A stretch of DNA of 64,000 bases, from positions 128,001-192,000 of IMG/VR virus record IMGVR_UViG_2799112330_000002; one strand, written 5' to 3'. The position numbers and the translations under genes were made by a program. This stretch comes from a virus (taxonomy: Duplodnaviria; Heunggongvirae; Uroviricota; Caudoviricetes). Of this stretch, positions 38,336-49,100 are shown piece after piece (position 1 is the first letter of the stretch; every line of letters begins with the position of its first letter). Under the pieces are notes generated by a model, which searched no databases, had not been told where the DNA came from, and saw only the letters and a program-made list of their open reading frames with translations.

Positions 38336-39334
38336 ATGAAGAAATTCAGTAAATCAATAAATGAAGGATGTGTAACTGCCGATGTTAATCCAGGCAATGC
38401 ATATTCAAATACTGGTGTAATGAATCATCTTACTCCTGTTGGTAATATTGTGGCTCAAATAAGAAATTTGTTTGGCCCATTGACAGGAATTGTTGCATCT
38501 GTTGCAGAAGATGGTTTTTCAGTTAAGCTTAATTCTTCTAAGTTTGTGTCAAAAGAAGAAGTGAACAAGATCTTGTATGATATGACATCAATGAGAAATG
38601 TAAGTATTGATTCATTGATTAGACAAAGTGGTTTAAGTGTTCAAAAGCTTATTCCAATTGGTCAATATTTTGTTGTATATTATTCTCCCAATGACATAAA
38701 GGGAGCAAAGCCAGGAGTAGAACCTGAACCAGCTAATCTTCCATGTAGTGAAATGCGTACAATAGATGCTGAAGAAGTTGAAATGTTTGCATTCATTACA
38801 GAATCGGATGATGATGAAGAACTTAAAGACATCACAAAGGAAAAGATTAGTGAATTGATAAAAGCTAAAGACAAAGTAAAAGCAGCACAACAACTAGAAC
38901 TTTTGGTAACTCAAGAAATGGAACTTCCAAGAGAATACTATTTTGCTGGTGTAAAATCTAAAGATGGCGATGAGTCTATTGCTTTAAGATGGAAATATAC
39001 AAGAAAACGTCCTCATAACAAATCATCCGAATCTGTAAGATCATTGTTGAATATCTTTGATGATTCAGAAGAAGGCATATGGGTACAGGACTTTGTAAAA
39101 GACTCAATGTTCCAATTACCTGATGAAGTAAAGAAGCTTATTGAATCTGTTCTTGAATTCCTTGGCGCAGAGAAAACAAATGATCCTGCAATCTGGTCAT
39201 TGAAAAAATCTGAAAAGAAGGATGAAAAGAAAGATGATGACAAGAAAGAAGAGGACAAGAAATCAAACAAAGAAGAATCAGATGATGAAGATGACAGTTC
39301 AAGAGGAGATTCTTCAGATGATTTATTAGGATAA
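38336..39334 (+). CDS. Putative head-associated protein with charged tail
   Basis: MKKFSKSINE N-terminus, internal FITE, D/E/K tail; late-promoter variant at 38287. Confidence 0.55.
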   Translation: MKKFSKSINEGCVTADVNPGNAYSNTGVMNHLTPVGNIVAQIRNLFGPLTGIVASVAEDGFSVKLNSSKFVSKEEVNKILYDMTSMRNVSIDSLIRQSGLSVQKLIPIGQYFVVYYSPNDIKGAKPGVEPEPANLPCSEMRTIDAEEVEMFAFITESDDDEELKDITKEKISELIKAKDKVKAAQQLELLVTQEMELPREYYFAGVKSKDGDESIALRWKYTRKRPHNKSSESVRSLLNIFDDSEEGIWVQDFVKDSMFQLPDEVKKLIESVLEFLGAEKTNDPAIWSLKKSEKKDEKKDDDKKEEDKKSNKEESDDEDDSSRGDSSDDLLG

Positions 39335-39372
39335 AATAACAAATAATCAAAATAAATAATAAAATAAAAGCA

Positions 39373-39603
39373 ACGATATGAAAGGGGTATTATACTTCTA
39401 GTGAGAAGTGATTGATATTCTATAAAATTATTTATATTATATCAGATACCCTTTATCGTATTTTAATTTTTCACTGGAAGGAAATTTTAATACGTATAAG
39501 AAAGTCGAATAAAAATCAATTTTTGAGGCAGAAAAATTGGGTATGATTTTTTGAAGACTAAATGCATATGTTGACCGAGAAGATGTCCAATAATTATATG
39601 CAT
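39373..39603. ncRNA. Candidate structured intergenic RNA
   Basis: Nested stems: CGATA..AAGGG.TAT / ATACCCTTTATCG, ACTTCT/AGAAGT, TGATAT/ATATCA, AAAAATCA/TGATTTTT and ATGCATAT/ATATGCAT. Confidence 0.3.
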
Positions 39604-40327
39604 GAAAAATAAAAATATCAAATACAATAATATGAGTAGAAAAATGAAATTTAAGAGAGTTTTATTATGCGCATTATTGATTTCATTACCTGTGTTATCA
39701 ATGACAAATGTGAATAAAGCTAAAATATATACAAATGGAATTGACAACAAACAGGTAACAATGTGTTATGATAAATATGATACTGCCAAGTTTGGAAAGA
39801 TAGATTCAATTCTTTTTGCTAAAGATAGTTTGAAGAAAGATTCTATATATAAGTCAATATTGAAGACCAGACAAGACAGTATCAAAGAAATCTTGATTGA
39901 TGAAGTTGACAAATATATGAGGAAAATAACTCCAAGATTCCATCAAAGTCTTCCTCGTGAATTTGTCAATCATTCTTTAGAATATGGTATTGATCTATCT
40001 TTTATGTTAGCTCAAACTCAACTAGAGACAATCTTTGGTACAGCAGGAGCAGGAAGAGAATCATCACGTAGATCTCTTTTTGGTGTAGCTGTCAGAAGAT
40101 ATTCATCATATCAAGAAGCAATCAATGACTATTGCAAACTGCTTAAGAAAAGCTATCTTGTAAAGGGAAGAACGGAACATCATCTTATGAAAAGATATAC
40201 TACTGGTTCTGGTGCAAGATATGCAAGTAATCCACATTATGAAGTTGAACTGTCAAGAACATACAACAACATCATACGGAATACTAATATAGATGAAATA
40301 CAAATGCAGATTCAGTCATTAGGATAA
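39602..40327 (+). CDS. GH73 glucosaminidase-type peptidoglycan hydrolase with signal anchor
   Basis: MLAQTQLETIFG and YASNPHY motifs; the true start may be one of the downstream Mets. Confidence 0.75.
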   Translation: MKNKNIKYNNMSRKMKFKRVLLCALLISLPVLSMTNVNKAKIYTNGIDNKQVTMCYDKYDTAKFGKIDSILFAKDSLKKDSIYKSILKTRQDSIKEILIDEVDKYMRKITPRFHQSLPREFVNHSLEYGIDLSFMLAQTQLETIFGTAGAGRESSRRSLFGVAVRRYSSYQEAINDYCKLLKKSYLVKGRTEHHLMKRYTTGSGARYASNPHYEVELSRTYNNIIRNTNIDEIQMQIQSLG

Positions 40328-40350
40328 AAAATATATAGATGATTTAGATT

Positions 40351-41064
40351 ATGAATAGCTGGAAGTCTTACAAGTATATGTTCATACTTGGATTAGTTAG
40401 TTTCTTATTATTGATTTCTAATTTGTTTGCAATCAGACAATGCTCAAACAATGTTAGAAAGAATAATAACAATATCGTTGCTCTTACTGATTCTATCAAA
40501 TATCACAAGACTAAGGCTAATGAGCTATATGTTTCTAAGACATTATTAGAAGGTGATCTCAACACATTGAAGATTGCTAATGACAGTTTGTATAATGTTA
40601 TAAAAGACATGAAGGAGATAAAGCATCCATCATCTGTTGTATATATCAATCAAACTGTAGATAATGGAAAGAAAGATACTGCTTGGATCATTGAAAAAGA
40701 CACTTTAGTAAGATACCCAATTCTTACCAAAGAGTTCTCGTTTGACAATCAGTTTAGAGCATTGAATGGGAATGTCTTTCTTCAAGATTCTATTTTGGGT
40801 CTGAATATCAATAATGATAAGGTCTTCATGGATTATACAATTGCTATTGAGAAAAATCAAGTATTTGTAAAATCAAATAATCCTTATATCCAATTCAACA
40901 AGATACAAGGCATTACTATTCCAGAGCCACGAAGACGTCTGACTTCATTAGTGATAGGACCTTCTGTAGGTTATGGATATGATTTGCAAGAGAAGAGATT
41001 TGCTCCTTCTATCAATCTATCTGTAACTTACGGAATTGATTTAATTAACTTATTAAAAAAATAA
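40351..41064 (+). CDS. Putative spanin-like lysis protein
   Basis: N-terminal TM helix, coiled coil, C-terminal amphipathic beta-hairpin IGPSVGYGY...PSINLSVTY; directly after a muramidase. Confidence 0.5.
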   Translation: MNSWKSYKYMFILGLVSFLLLISNLFAIRQCSNNVRKNNNNIVALTDSIKYHKTKANELYVSKTLLEGDLNTLKIANDSLYNVIKDMKEIKHPSSVVYINQTVDNGKKDTAWIIEKDTLVRYPILTKEFSFDNQFRALNGNVFLQDSILGLNINNDKVFMDYTIAIEKNQVFVKSNNPYIQFNKIQGITIPEPRRRLTSLVIGPSVGYGYDLQEKRFAPSINLSVTYGIDLINLLKK

Positions 41065-41108
41065 GAATAAACATAAAAATATTAAAAAATAAATAATATA
41101 TATAAATT

Positions 41109-41507
41109 ATGCAGATAACATCTAAATATAGTGAAAATGATAAGGTATGGTTCTATAATAATCATAAATATTATGAAGGTATAATAGTTGCAATAAGTAG
41201 TTGGAATGAAAATGATACTTTTATATATCGAATTCAACATAACAGTGCTAATGAATCATTTATGCTATATGTAAATGAACATGACATCTATGAATCAGAA
41301 TCAGATATTCCTCAACCTGAATTAATACATTATGAATTAATAGAACCAACAGATCCAATGGATGATATTACACCAGATCCAATTGATGATCCTACGCCAG
41401 ATTCAATTGATGATTCTAATACTCAAGATCCTAATGATCCAGTAGAGCCAATTGATGATCCTACACCAGATCCAGTAGATCCTGAAAATTCAATAGATCC
41501 TGAATAA
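41109..41507 (+). CDS. Hypothetical protein with Asp/Pro repeat tail
   Basis: DPIDDPTP repeats. Confidence 0.6.
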   Translation: MQITSKYSENDKVWFYNNHKYYEGIIVAISSWNENDTFIYRIQHNSANESFMLYVNEHDIYESESDIPQPELIHYELIEPTDPMDDITPDPIDDPTPDSIDDSNTQDPNDPVEPIDDPTPDPVDPENSIDPE

Positions 41508-41524
41508 TTTTATATATATTAAAA

Positions 41525-41614
41525 CACACAGAATGTCCTCTGTATGTATTCATTTCAAGGATATATAATTATATTAAAACTTGATTTGATGCACACAGAG
41601 GACATTTAAGTGTG
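41525..41614. repeat. Long imperfect inverted repeat
   Basis: AATGTCCTCTGT (41532-41543) pairs with ACAGAGGACATT (41595-41606), extended by CACAC/GTGTG and TCAAG/CTTGA. Confidence 0.75.
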
Positions 41615-41744
41615 GTTCTGATGAATATTTCTCTTATGTTCATGAATGTATAATTCTTAATTTTTATTTTAAAATTTTTTCATTTATTTTATAAAATTAT
41701 TTAAAAACATTGTCTATATTAAATATATATTAAGAGAAATTAAG

Positions 41745-41799
41745 ACATATAGTTAATATTACATATAGTTAATATTACATATAGTTAATATTACATATA
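41745..41799 (+). repeat. Tandem 16-bp repeat, 3.4 copies
   Basis: ACATATAGTTAATATT at 41745, 41761 and 41777, plus a partial copy. Confidence 0.9.
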
Positions 41800-41836
41800 A
41801 TAAATATATATAGCAGCGAATTACTGAAATATCATT

Positions 41837-42346
41837 ATGTTAGACTGGTTAAGTAAAGAACTATTAGAAACATATTGTTTTTCTAATATTGATGAAGACA
41901 GAACAAGGTCTAAAGAAGTGATTATTAACGGGCGTCCTTATATAAAGTATGGAGTTGAATGTGCTACAACTGTTGTTGCTTTGAAGTATAAGGTATTTGA
42001 CCCAAGTATTAACCGTCATAAATTTGTCATATTATATGGCATAGCACGTCAAAATCCTGGGGATTTGATTATTACTGCAGAAGAAGGTAAAGAAATAGCT
42101 ATGGAAAACGCATTAATCAACCCAGTAATGAAAGTTGAATATATGAATGATCCAGACGCTTTTACTGTTAATTTGTTTATGAGAGCTTATGTTGCGGGCT
42201 TACCAGTAAAGTTTGTGAATACTAAGCAAGAACTTAAGTCATTAAACAAAGATCTCAAACTTTATAACAGAAAAACAGGAATGAAATCAAATGAGTATTA
42301 TCATCAATACTATGTTGATTTTCGTAATAAATTTATGGAAGACTAA
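41837..42346 (+). CDS. Hypothetical protein
   Basis: 169-aa ORF; GIARQNPGD motif. Confidence 0.65.
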   Translation: MLDWLSKELLETYCFSNIDEDRTRSKEVIINGRPYIKYGVECATTVVALKYKVFDPSINRHKFVILYGIARQNPGDLIITAEEGKEIAMENALINPVMKVEYMNDPDAFTVNLFMRAYVAGLPVKFVNTKQELKSLNKDLKLYNRKTGMKSNEYYHQYYVDFRNKFMED

Positions 42347-42351
42347 CAATT

Positions 42352-42951
42352 ATGAGAGATGATAATATACAAGGATTTGGGTATGCTGAAATGTATGAAT
42401 GGTATGAAGTTCCAGAACAACAAAACAAATTGGGAAGATTTGTTACATTTGACAAAAGAGATCCCAATAAGATAAAGTTAGCTACTGGAGATGACTTTAT
42501 TATTGGAGTGACTACTGTTTGTGCTCAGGATACATCAGACAATCCAGATGAATGGAAATACTCTTATCTTTGTAATGAATACGGAGACTTATATCTTCAA
42601 AAAGAACGATTAGCAGTTGGCGCAAAACAATATGATCAACTATTAGAATTGAACTATATCAAGACTTATCCATGGGAACATTTCATTCGTATTGAGAACA
42701 AGTTCCTTGATAAGAATCGTAAATATGTTCAAAGAGCTAATCGTCAAGAATGGATACGAGTCAACCTTATTGGAAAGACAATTGTAAGAGACAATGGGGA
42801 ATGCAAGCCAGGAGAGTTCTGTGAAGCTTATACTGGAAAACTTAAAGAACTACAAGGAATAGCAGTCCCATCAACAAATACATCAAAGAACAAGAAATTC
42901 TATGTATTAGAGCGATTAAGTAATAATACTGTTCTTATTCTGAACAAATAA
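42352..42951 (+). CDS. Stand-alone Peptidase_G2 (IMC autoproteolytic chaperone) domain protein
   Basis: YAEMYEW, GRFVT, IIGV, NEYG, YVQRANRQEW and GKTIVRDNGECKPG pattern, as in the phi29 gp12 C-terminal domain family. Confidence 0.7.
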   Translation: MRDDNIQGFGYAEMYEWYEVPEQQNKLGRFVTFDKRDPNKIKLATGDDFIIGVTTVCAQDTSDNPDEWKYSYLCNEYGDLYLQKERLAVGAKQYDQLLELNYIKTYPWEHFIRIENKFLDKNRKYVQRANRQEWIRVNLIGKTIVRDNGECKPGEFCEAYTGKLKELQGIAVPSTNTSKNKKFYVLERLSNNTVLILNK

Positions 42952-42961
42952 AGAGGAGATA

Positions 42962-43951
42962 ATGACTATGGATAGAATAAGTGTAATTACAACATACTAC
43001 AATGCAGAGAAATTTGTTATTGATGCTATAAATAGTGTAAACCAGCAAATAGTTGGTGATGATTTTGAAGTTGAATATGTATTAGTAAATGACAAGACTC
43101 CAGACAATACTCATAAACTAGTACAGGATTTTGTCAATAAGGTTGGAAATCCTAAGATAGACTTCAAACTTGTGGAACCTGATGAGAATCTTGGATGCGG
43201 TGGAGCAAGAAAGTTTGGTATTGATAATGCAACAGGTAACTATTTTATGTTCCTTGATGCTGATGACTACTATCTTCATACTGACTTCATCCTTAGAGCT
43301 TATCATACTATAAAAGAAGAGAATGCAGACATCGTTGAATTTGGTATACTGTTCAATCAACCTAATGGACAGCAAATCAATAATACAGCACCACAGAAAA
43401 TAGTAATAGAAAACAATCCTTCATTAGCAGAGATAGCATTGTTCAAAGACAATCTCATAAAGTTCAATGTATGGTCAAAGATATATACCAGAGAAATGGT
43501 TGAGTCTTATCCATATTCTACAGTAAGAACATTTGAAGATGTACGAACAATACCTATATGGATAAGCAATGCTAAGAAAATAGTAATAATGCCAAATACA
43601 GAAATCAATTACAGGGCTGCTGGAGGATCTATCATTCGTACTAATATGGTTGATACACGGCTTGGTACTATTACAGCAATTGCAGAATTGTTTGAACGTT
43701 TCAAGGGAGATTTGAATGTAATGAAGGCAATGTATGGAAGAGCAATGGTAGACTTAGAAGCAATTCTTCATAATCATTCATCTAATGATGAAGGGTTCAA
43801 TGAAATGTCAAGACTAAATACAAAGATGCTTGCTTACATATATCCTGACAAATACAAGACAATGACATTCCATATTGAGGATGAACAAAATATGCAAAAT
43901 CAGGGAGGTAAGACTCCTCAAGAAAAAAAGGATGATTTGGAAATCATATAA
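42962..43951 (+). CDS. Family 2 glycosyltransferase
   Basis: ISVITTYYNAE, VNDKTPD, NLGCGGARKFG, FLDADD and FED motifs. Confidence 0.9.
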   Translation: MTMDRISVITTYYNAEKFVIDAINSVNQQIVGDDFEVEYVLVNDKTPDNTHKLVQDFVNKVGNPKIDFKLVEPDENLGCGGARKFGIDNATGNYFMFLDADDYYLHTDFILRAYHTIKEENADIVEFGILFNQPNGQQINNTAPQKIVIENNPSLAEIALFKDNLIKFNVWSKIYTREMVESYPYSTVRTFEDVRTIPIWISNAKKIVIMPNTEINYRAAGGSIIRTNMVDTRLGTITAIAELFERFKGDLNVMKAMYGRAMVDLEAILHNHSSNDEGFNEMSRLNTKMLAYIYPDKYKTMTFHIEDEQNMQNQGGKTPQEKKDDLEII

Positions 43952-43975
43952 AAATATATTTTAAGCTTAAAAAAT

Positions 43976-44440
43976 ATGAAAATGACAACAAATGATATTG
44001 TATTAAGACATAATTTTGTAAGTCAAATACAATTCAAAGATGGTAATTCACAACTTAGTAAAGATCTAAAGATCAAACTTATGAGCATGCGTATTGAATA
44101 CGGAAAGGTACATAAGGAATTTGATAATGATGTTCAAGAATTTACAAAGGGAATTATTTCAGAACGATTTAATGAACTTCAAAGAAAACAAGATCGTACT
44201 GAAGAAGAAAACACAGAATTAAACAACTTGACAGCAGAATATAATGCTATGACAGTTGACTATATCAATAAGCTTGCCGCTGAAACTCATGAAGTAAAAG
44301 AATATGCATTTAATATTGATGAATATTCTGAGATTCTTGAGACTAATTCTTCAAATGATGTAGAAATTAATGGGCAGAAAATCAAAGCACCAGATTTCTT
44401 AGAGGCAATTTATGAGATATTTGTAACAAAAGAGGAGTAG
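43976..44440 (+). CDS. Hypothetical helical protein
   Basis: 154-aa coiled-coil-rich ORF. Confidence 0.65.
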   Translation: MKMTTNDIVLRHNFVSQIQFKDGNSQLSKDLKIKLMSMRIEYGKVHKEFDNDVQEFTKGIISERFNELQRKQDRTEEENTELNNLTAEYNAMTVDYINKLAAETHEVKEYAFNIDEYSEILETNSSNDVEINGQKIKAPDFLEAIYEIFVTKEE

Positions 44441-44457
44441 TTAACTACTCCTCTTTT
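44428..44457. terminator. Perfect 30-bp palindrome, bidirectional terminator
   Basis: AAAAGAGGAGTAGTT|AACTACTCCTCTTTT. Confidence 0.7.
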
Positions 44458-44498
44458 TTATTATATTTTATTATAATTATAAACTATAAGCTATAATT

Positions 44499-46123
44499 TT
44501 AACCACCGATTGTTACAGTAAAATATCCTTCTCCAATAATTAGATCTCCATCAGCATTAGAAAGTTTTGTATCTGCTAAAGTTATATTAGCAGGAGATAC
44601 GTCAACTAATAAAGTATCAGCAGAGCCTAATGTAGGTGTACCAGCAGGTGTTAATGTTCCAGTAAAAGTATATCTAGTTGTACCCGATATACTTCCACTA
44701 GTTCCAGATGTATATTCCACTAATATAGGACCACCTTGACCAGATGCTCTATATGTTATATATGTAGCAGGTGTATTATAATTAATAGCAGTAACATCCC
44801 CAAGAGGAGAATACTTGTTACTAAAAGTATTGTAATTTATTTTATGCATAGTTAAAATAATCCATTGATGATTTTCGGCATTAAAAAACGGTAAATATGG
44901 AAATACAACATAAATATATGTCATGTATCCTTCATTAAATGCAAATGTTGATCCATCAGGTTTAATATGATCAAAATTAACAAATGTATAAGGAATAAAT
45001 TCATATCCGTGTGTTGTCAATAAGTCTTGATATTGAGATACTGCTTCTGATCTAGATGTTGCAGTTATGATCCAACCCCATTGAACTCCTATAGCCCATT
45101 TAAAATTATTAATTAAATAACCTTGATATCTATTTGTTGCATTAGTTGATCTTAGAAATTGAATTCCAATCTTACATACATATAAATTATTTATATTACA
45201 CCATTGAACTTGGTATGATCTGCTAAATCCTCTTCCACTTAATGTTATTGTTTCAATTGAATTATTTGCAGGTCTAGTAGACTTAGGTAATAATATTCCA
45301 CTTTCTCCATAATAAAAACTTAGTAAAGTTGCTGAAGACATATTTGATGATGCTGTTAACCAAGAAATATTTGATTGTGATCCACCAACACGTGTAGATG
45401 TTAAATCAACAGTATGTTGAAATATACAACTACCATTATGATAAACGGGGATTACTATATTATAATTTAAATAACCGCCCCCCCGTAATTATAATACATT
45501 GTTGAATTACTATTATTAGATGTATAAGTCATCTTTATTATAGGTATATCTGTAGCAGAAGAGTTTGACATATTACCATGATACCGTAGAGTTATAGCTC
45601 CTCTATAATATGGACCTAATGAAAATTGTCCTTGTGAATAGAAGAGCCCATTCTTTGGATTCATTTCATAATAATCTGTACTATTTGTATTTAATGGCTC
45701 TCGATTAAATGGATATAAATACAAACCACCAGCCTCAAAAATATTACCAAACCTATCAGCTCCTGAACTAGAGTCATCAATTGATAATCCTCCTGTATTA
45801 TCTATATAGATATCAGCATCAATAAAACCTTGTGTCTGGAATGCGGTATCTCGCCAAGAATATAATTCTCCATCTTTTATTAATATATTCTTGCTACTAT
45901 CATAAAAATCACTAGTACTTAGTGGATCACCAGTATGATGGCAAACAAAAAAATGAACTTCATTTATTCCAGTAAAATCAGCTTCATTAGCTTCAAAATA
46001 TTTTCTTGGTATATATCTGTTAGAATCTGCAGAAACTTTAAATACTTTATTTGAAACTCCAGTATAATTTGTCATTATTCTACCAATATCACTACCGGTT
46101 AAATATTTATCTGTTATTGCCAT
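44499..46123 (-). CDS. Tail-fibre-adjacent putative receptor-binding protein split by a G7 frameshift (track ORFs 45467-46123 and 44499-45341)
   Basis: The frame of the downstream ORF stays open from 45341 up to 45488, across the C7 run at 45478-45484. One extra G fuses both into 541 aa. Confidence 0.6.
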
Positions 46124-49100
46124 ATATTAATGTTTCTAAATAACTAATTTTCTTATCTTGTTCTTTTACCTTTTCAATTAATGCACCTACTAATTTAGAT
46201 AATGCTGAATTATAGTTAACTGAATATGTATAACTTTCATAACTATAGTCTACTGCTTCAGGTATAACATATGATAGTTCTTGAGCAATAAAACCTGTAG
46301 CATGCTTATTAGAAGAAATCCAGTCAAATTCTTTTACAATGTTAGAATAAGAACTAAATATATTATTTATGAATTCATCAGATATTGGTTTTATGTTTTT
46401 CTTCAATTTCTTATCTGATGCTGAATATACATCATTACCCTTAAAATATGGTGCACCAGCATAAATAGATAGAATTGTACCTGAACTTGAACCTTGACTT
46501 GTGCTACCTAATAAATAATATTGGGTACTTGATGAAGCCGTTATAATATATATTTGATCTGCTTCAGATGCCAGTCCATTAAAATAATTTGCAGTAATTG
46601 TACCTGTTGATGGATTTGCTTTAATACTAGAACAAAAACGAGTTTCATCAGTAATTGTTGCAGTTGCAGTTGTATACTTGAACAACATTGGATAATTATA
46701 GTTTCCTGTTGTTTGCCATTGTTTTACTTTAGGCGGGATCCAAGCAAATGTTCCAGCTGTATATGATAGCATATATGAACTATTTGCATCATTTTTGGCT
46801 GGTGCTGTTATAAAGCCTGTTGCACCTGCGCCTGTTTGATATAATAATTGATTCTTAGCACCTCCTGATATATTTGTAGCATTTGTAGCATTTGTTGCAT
46901 TTGTTGCATTAACTGCATTAGTAGCACTTGTAGCAGATGAAGCTAAAGCATCTAAAGTACAATTTAATGTTCCCGTTAAGTTAACTGTATTAGAACCAAT
47001 TGTAGTTGTTGTTGGTAATGCAGTAGCACCTGCAGAAGTAGATGAATATAGATTAAAATAATTATATCCATTACCACCCCATGAGCCTCCATCAATAAAC
47101 TTAAATGCTAATGAATTATATCGGCCGGTTAATTTTGCCCATACTTCAAATGTCACAGAATCAGATCCATTAAAGTATAATAGTTTAAAATTATCTAATG
47201 GTAATCCACTTGAAAGCGCATGGAATTTTATAGCAGACGCAGCATATTGATTAGAACTACTATTACATTGTACATATAATATTCCTGATATAGTTGATTG
47301 TCTTCCACATGATACATGTAATTTTATCCATCTATAATTAGTTCCTGTTAAGTTAATATCTGCAATCTTATAATAATCATCTGCAGCTGCAGTAGAATTA
47401 TATACTACTGAATATAATTTAGTCACTGTTGGCACTCCACTGGATAAATATATAGGCTGTACACTATTACCAACAGAAGCTGTTCCAAGTTTAGTTGCAG
47501 TTGTAGCAGTACCTAAGAATGATGGGGCTGTAATGCTTCCCTTAACCCATAGATTACCAGTATTAGAGCTTAACTCCATCATATTTGAGATAGCTGAACC
47601 AGCAGCATTAGCAGAGCTTTCCCATATCCATCCATAACCAGCAGCATTTTCTATAATACTTCTCATAGCCCATGATGTTACAACTGTTCCAGCTGGATGT
47701 GCCGCACCACCAGGAGACTTATCTTTATTAGACATATATTCAATCCATGTGTTATATGCTCTATTATAGAAATGTATACCATACGATGTTTTATGATATT
47801 GAGTATCTAAATATAATGCTCCTCTTATATAGCTATTGCCATTTACATCTAATGTTTCTGCTGGTACACGTATTCCTACACCAAGTTTTGGATTAATTGA
47901 AACTCCTTGTCCTGCATTTACTAAATCAATATATACTTCATCACCACCTCCAGAGGTATTATTACTAATACGCATATCTAATGATTCATTACCAGAAGTT
48001 GCCGCTGAACCTATTCTAAAATTAACAGAATCATTATATGCACGTGTTATTTGAATTGGCCATTGAGTAGCATTACCTCCAAATATTCCAGTATAAGCAT
48101 AGACATTCTTCCATTTTAATGTAGATGATCCAATATTATAAGTATTATTTATTGCTGGTGTAATAGAATTATAGTTATCAAATACAGTTTTCCATACTCC
48201 CCATGTTCCACTGCTTTGACCTCTTATTTGCATCATTCTACCAGATGCATTTGCAGATGTTGGTAAGAAAAGCTGAGCATCCCATCCAGCATTATTATCC
48301 CAGTTAAAATGTAATATATGACCATCAGACAATGGCTTATTAGAAGTTGTAGAACTAGTTACTTTAAATGATATTATACTTCCATCTCCTAATGTTGTCT
48401 TATTAATATCTGTTGTTGAGTATCGATCTTCATATAAACTTAGTTTTGTAGCATTGGTTGCATTAGCAGCATTATAATTAACAGCAGGATTTTCTTTTGT
48501 TATTTCTACGGTTCCACTTAATGTTGTTTCAAGACCAATTTCCCATCCATTATTCCATTTATCATAATCATCTCCACCATGTCCAACATGAATATCTTTT
48601 AGCCAAACTCTTACATAAGACCATGCAGTATTAGTTTCTCCAATCCAGACAATATTTCTTGTACCTCCACTATCATGACCAAATCTAACTGTTAAATTTC
48701 CATAATCATTCAAGTCATCTCTTAGTGAATATACACTAGTATTTTTCCATAGACCATCAGTATATACATATCCATTAATATGATATGTTGAAGATCTTGA
48801 GGTGACATAATTATATATTTCAACAGTAAACTTCATCATTGTTGCTTGTTTATATCCAGTAATTGGAAGTTTAATAGCAATTGCACCACTACCACTATTT
48901 GGTCCTTTAAAATAATGGGCATTTGGATAAACAACCGTATGATTATCTCCGACACTTAATGCATATGAAGTTCCTTCAACATGAGATGTACCAGTTACAT
49001 ATAGATTATATGATGGTGTTGTTCCTGTATCTATAGCAGTATTAACATAAAGTGATTGTTTTTTCATTTGTACTGTTGGTACTTCAATTGCAGAACTATA

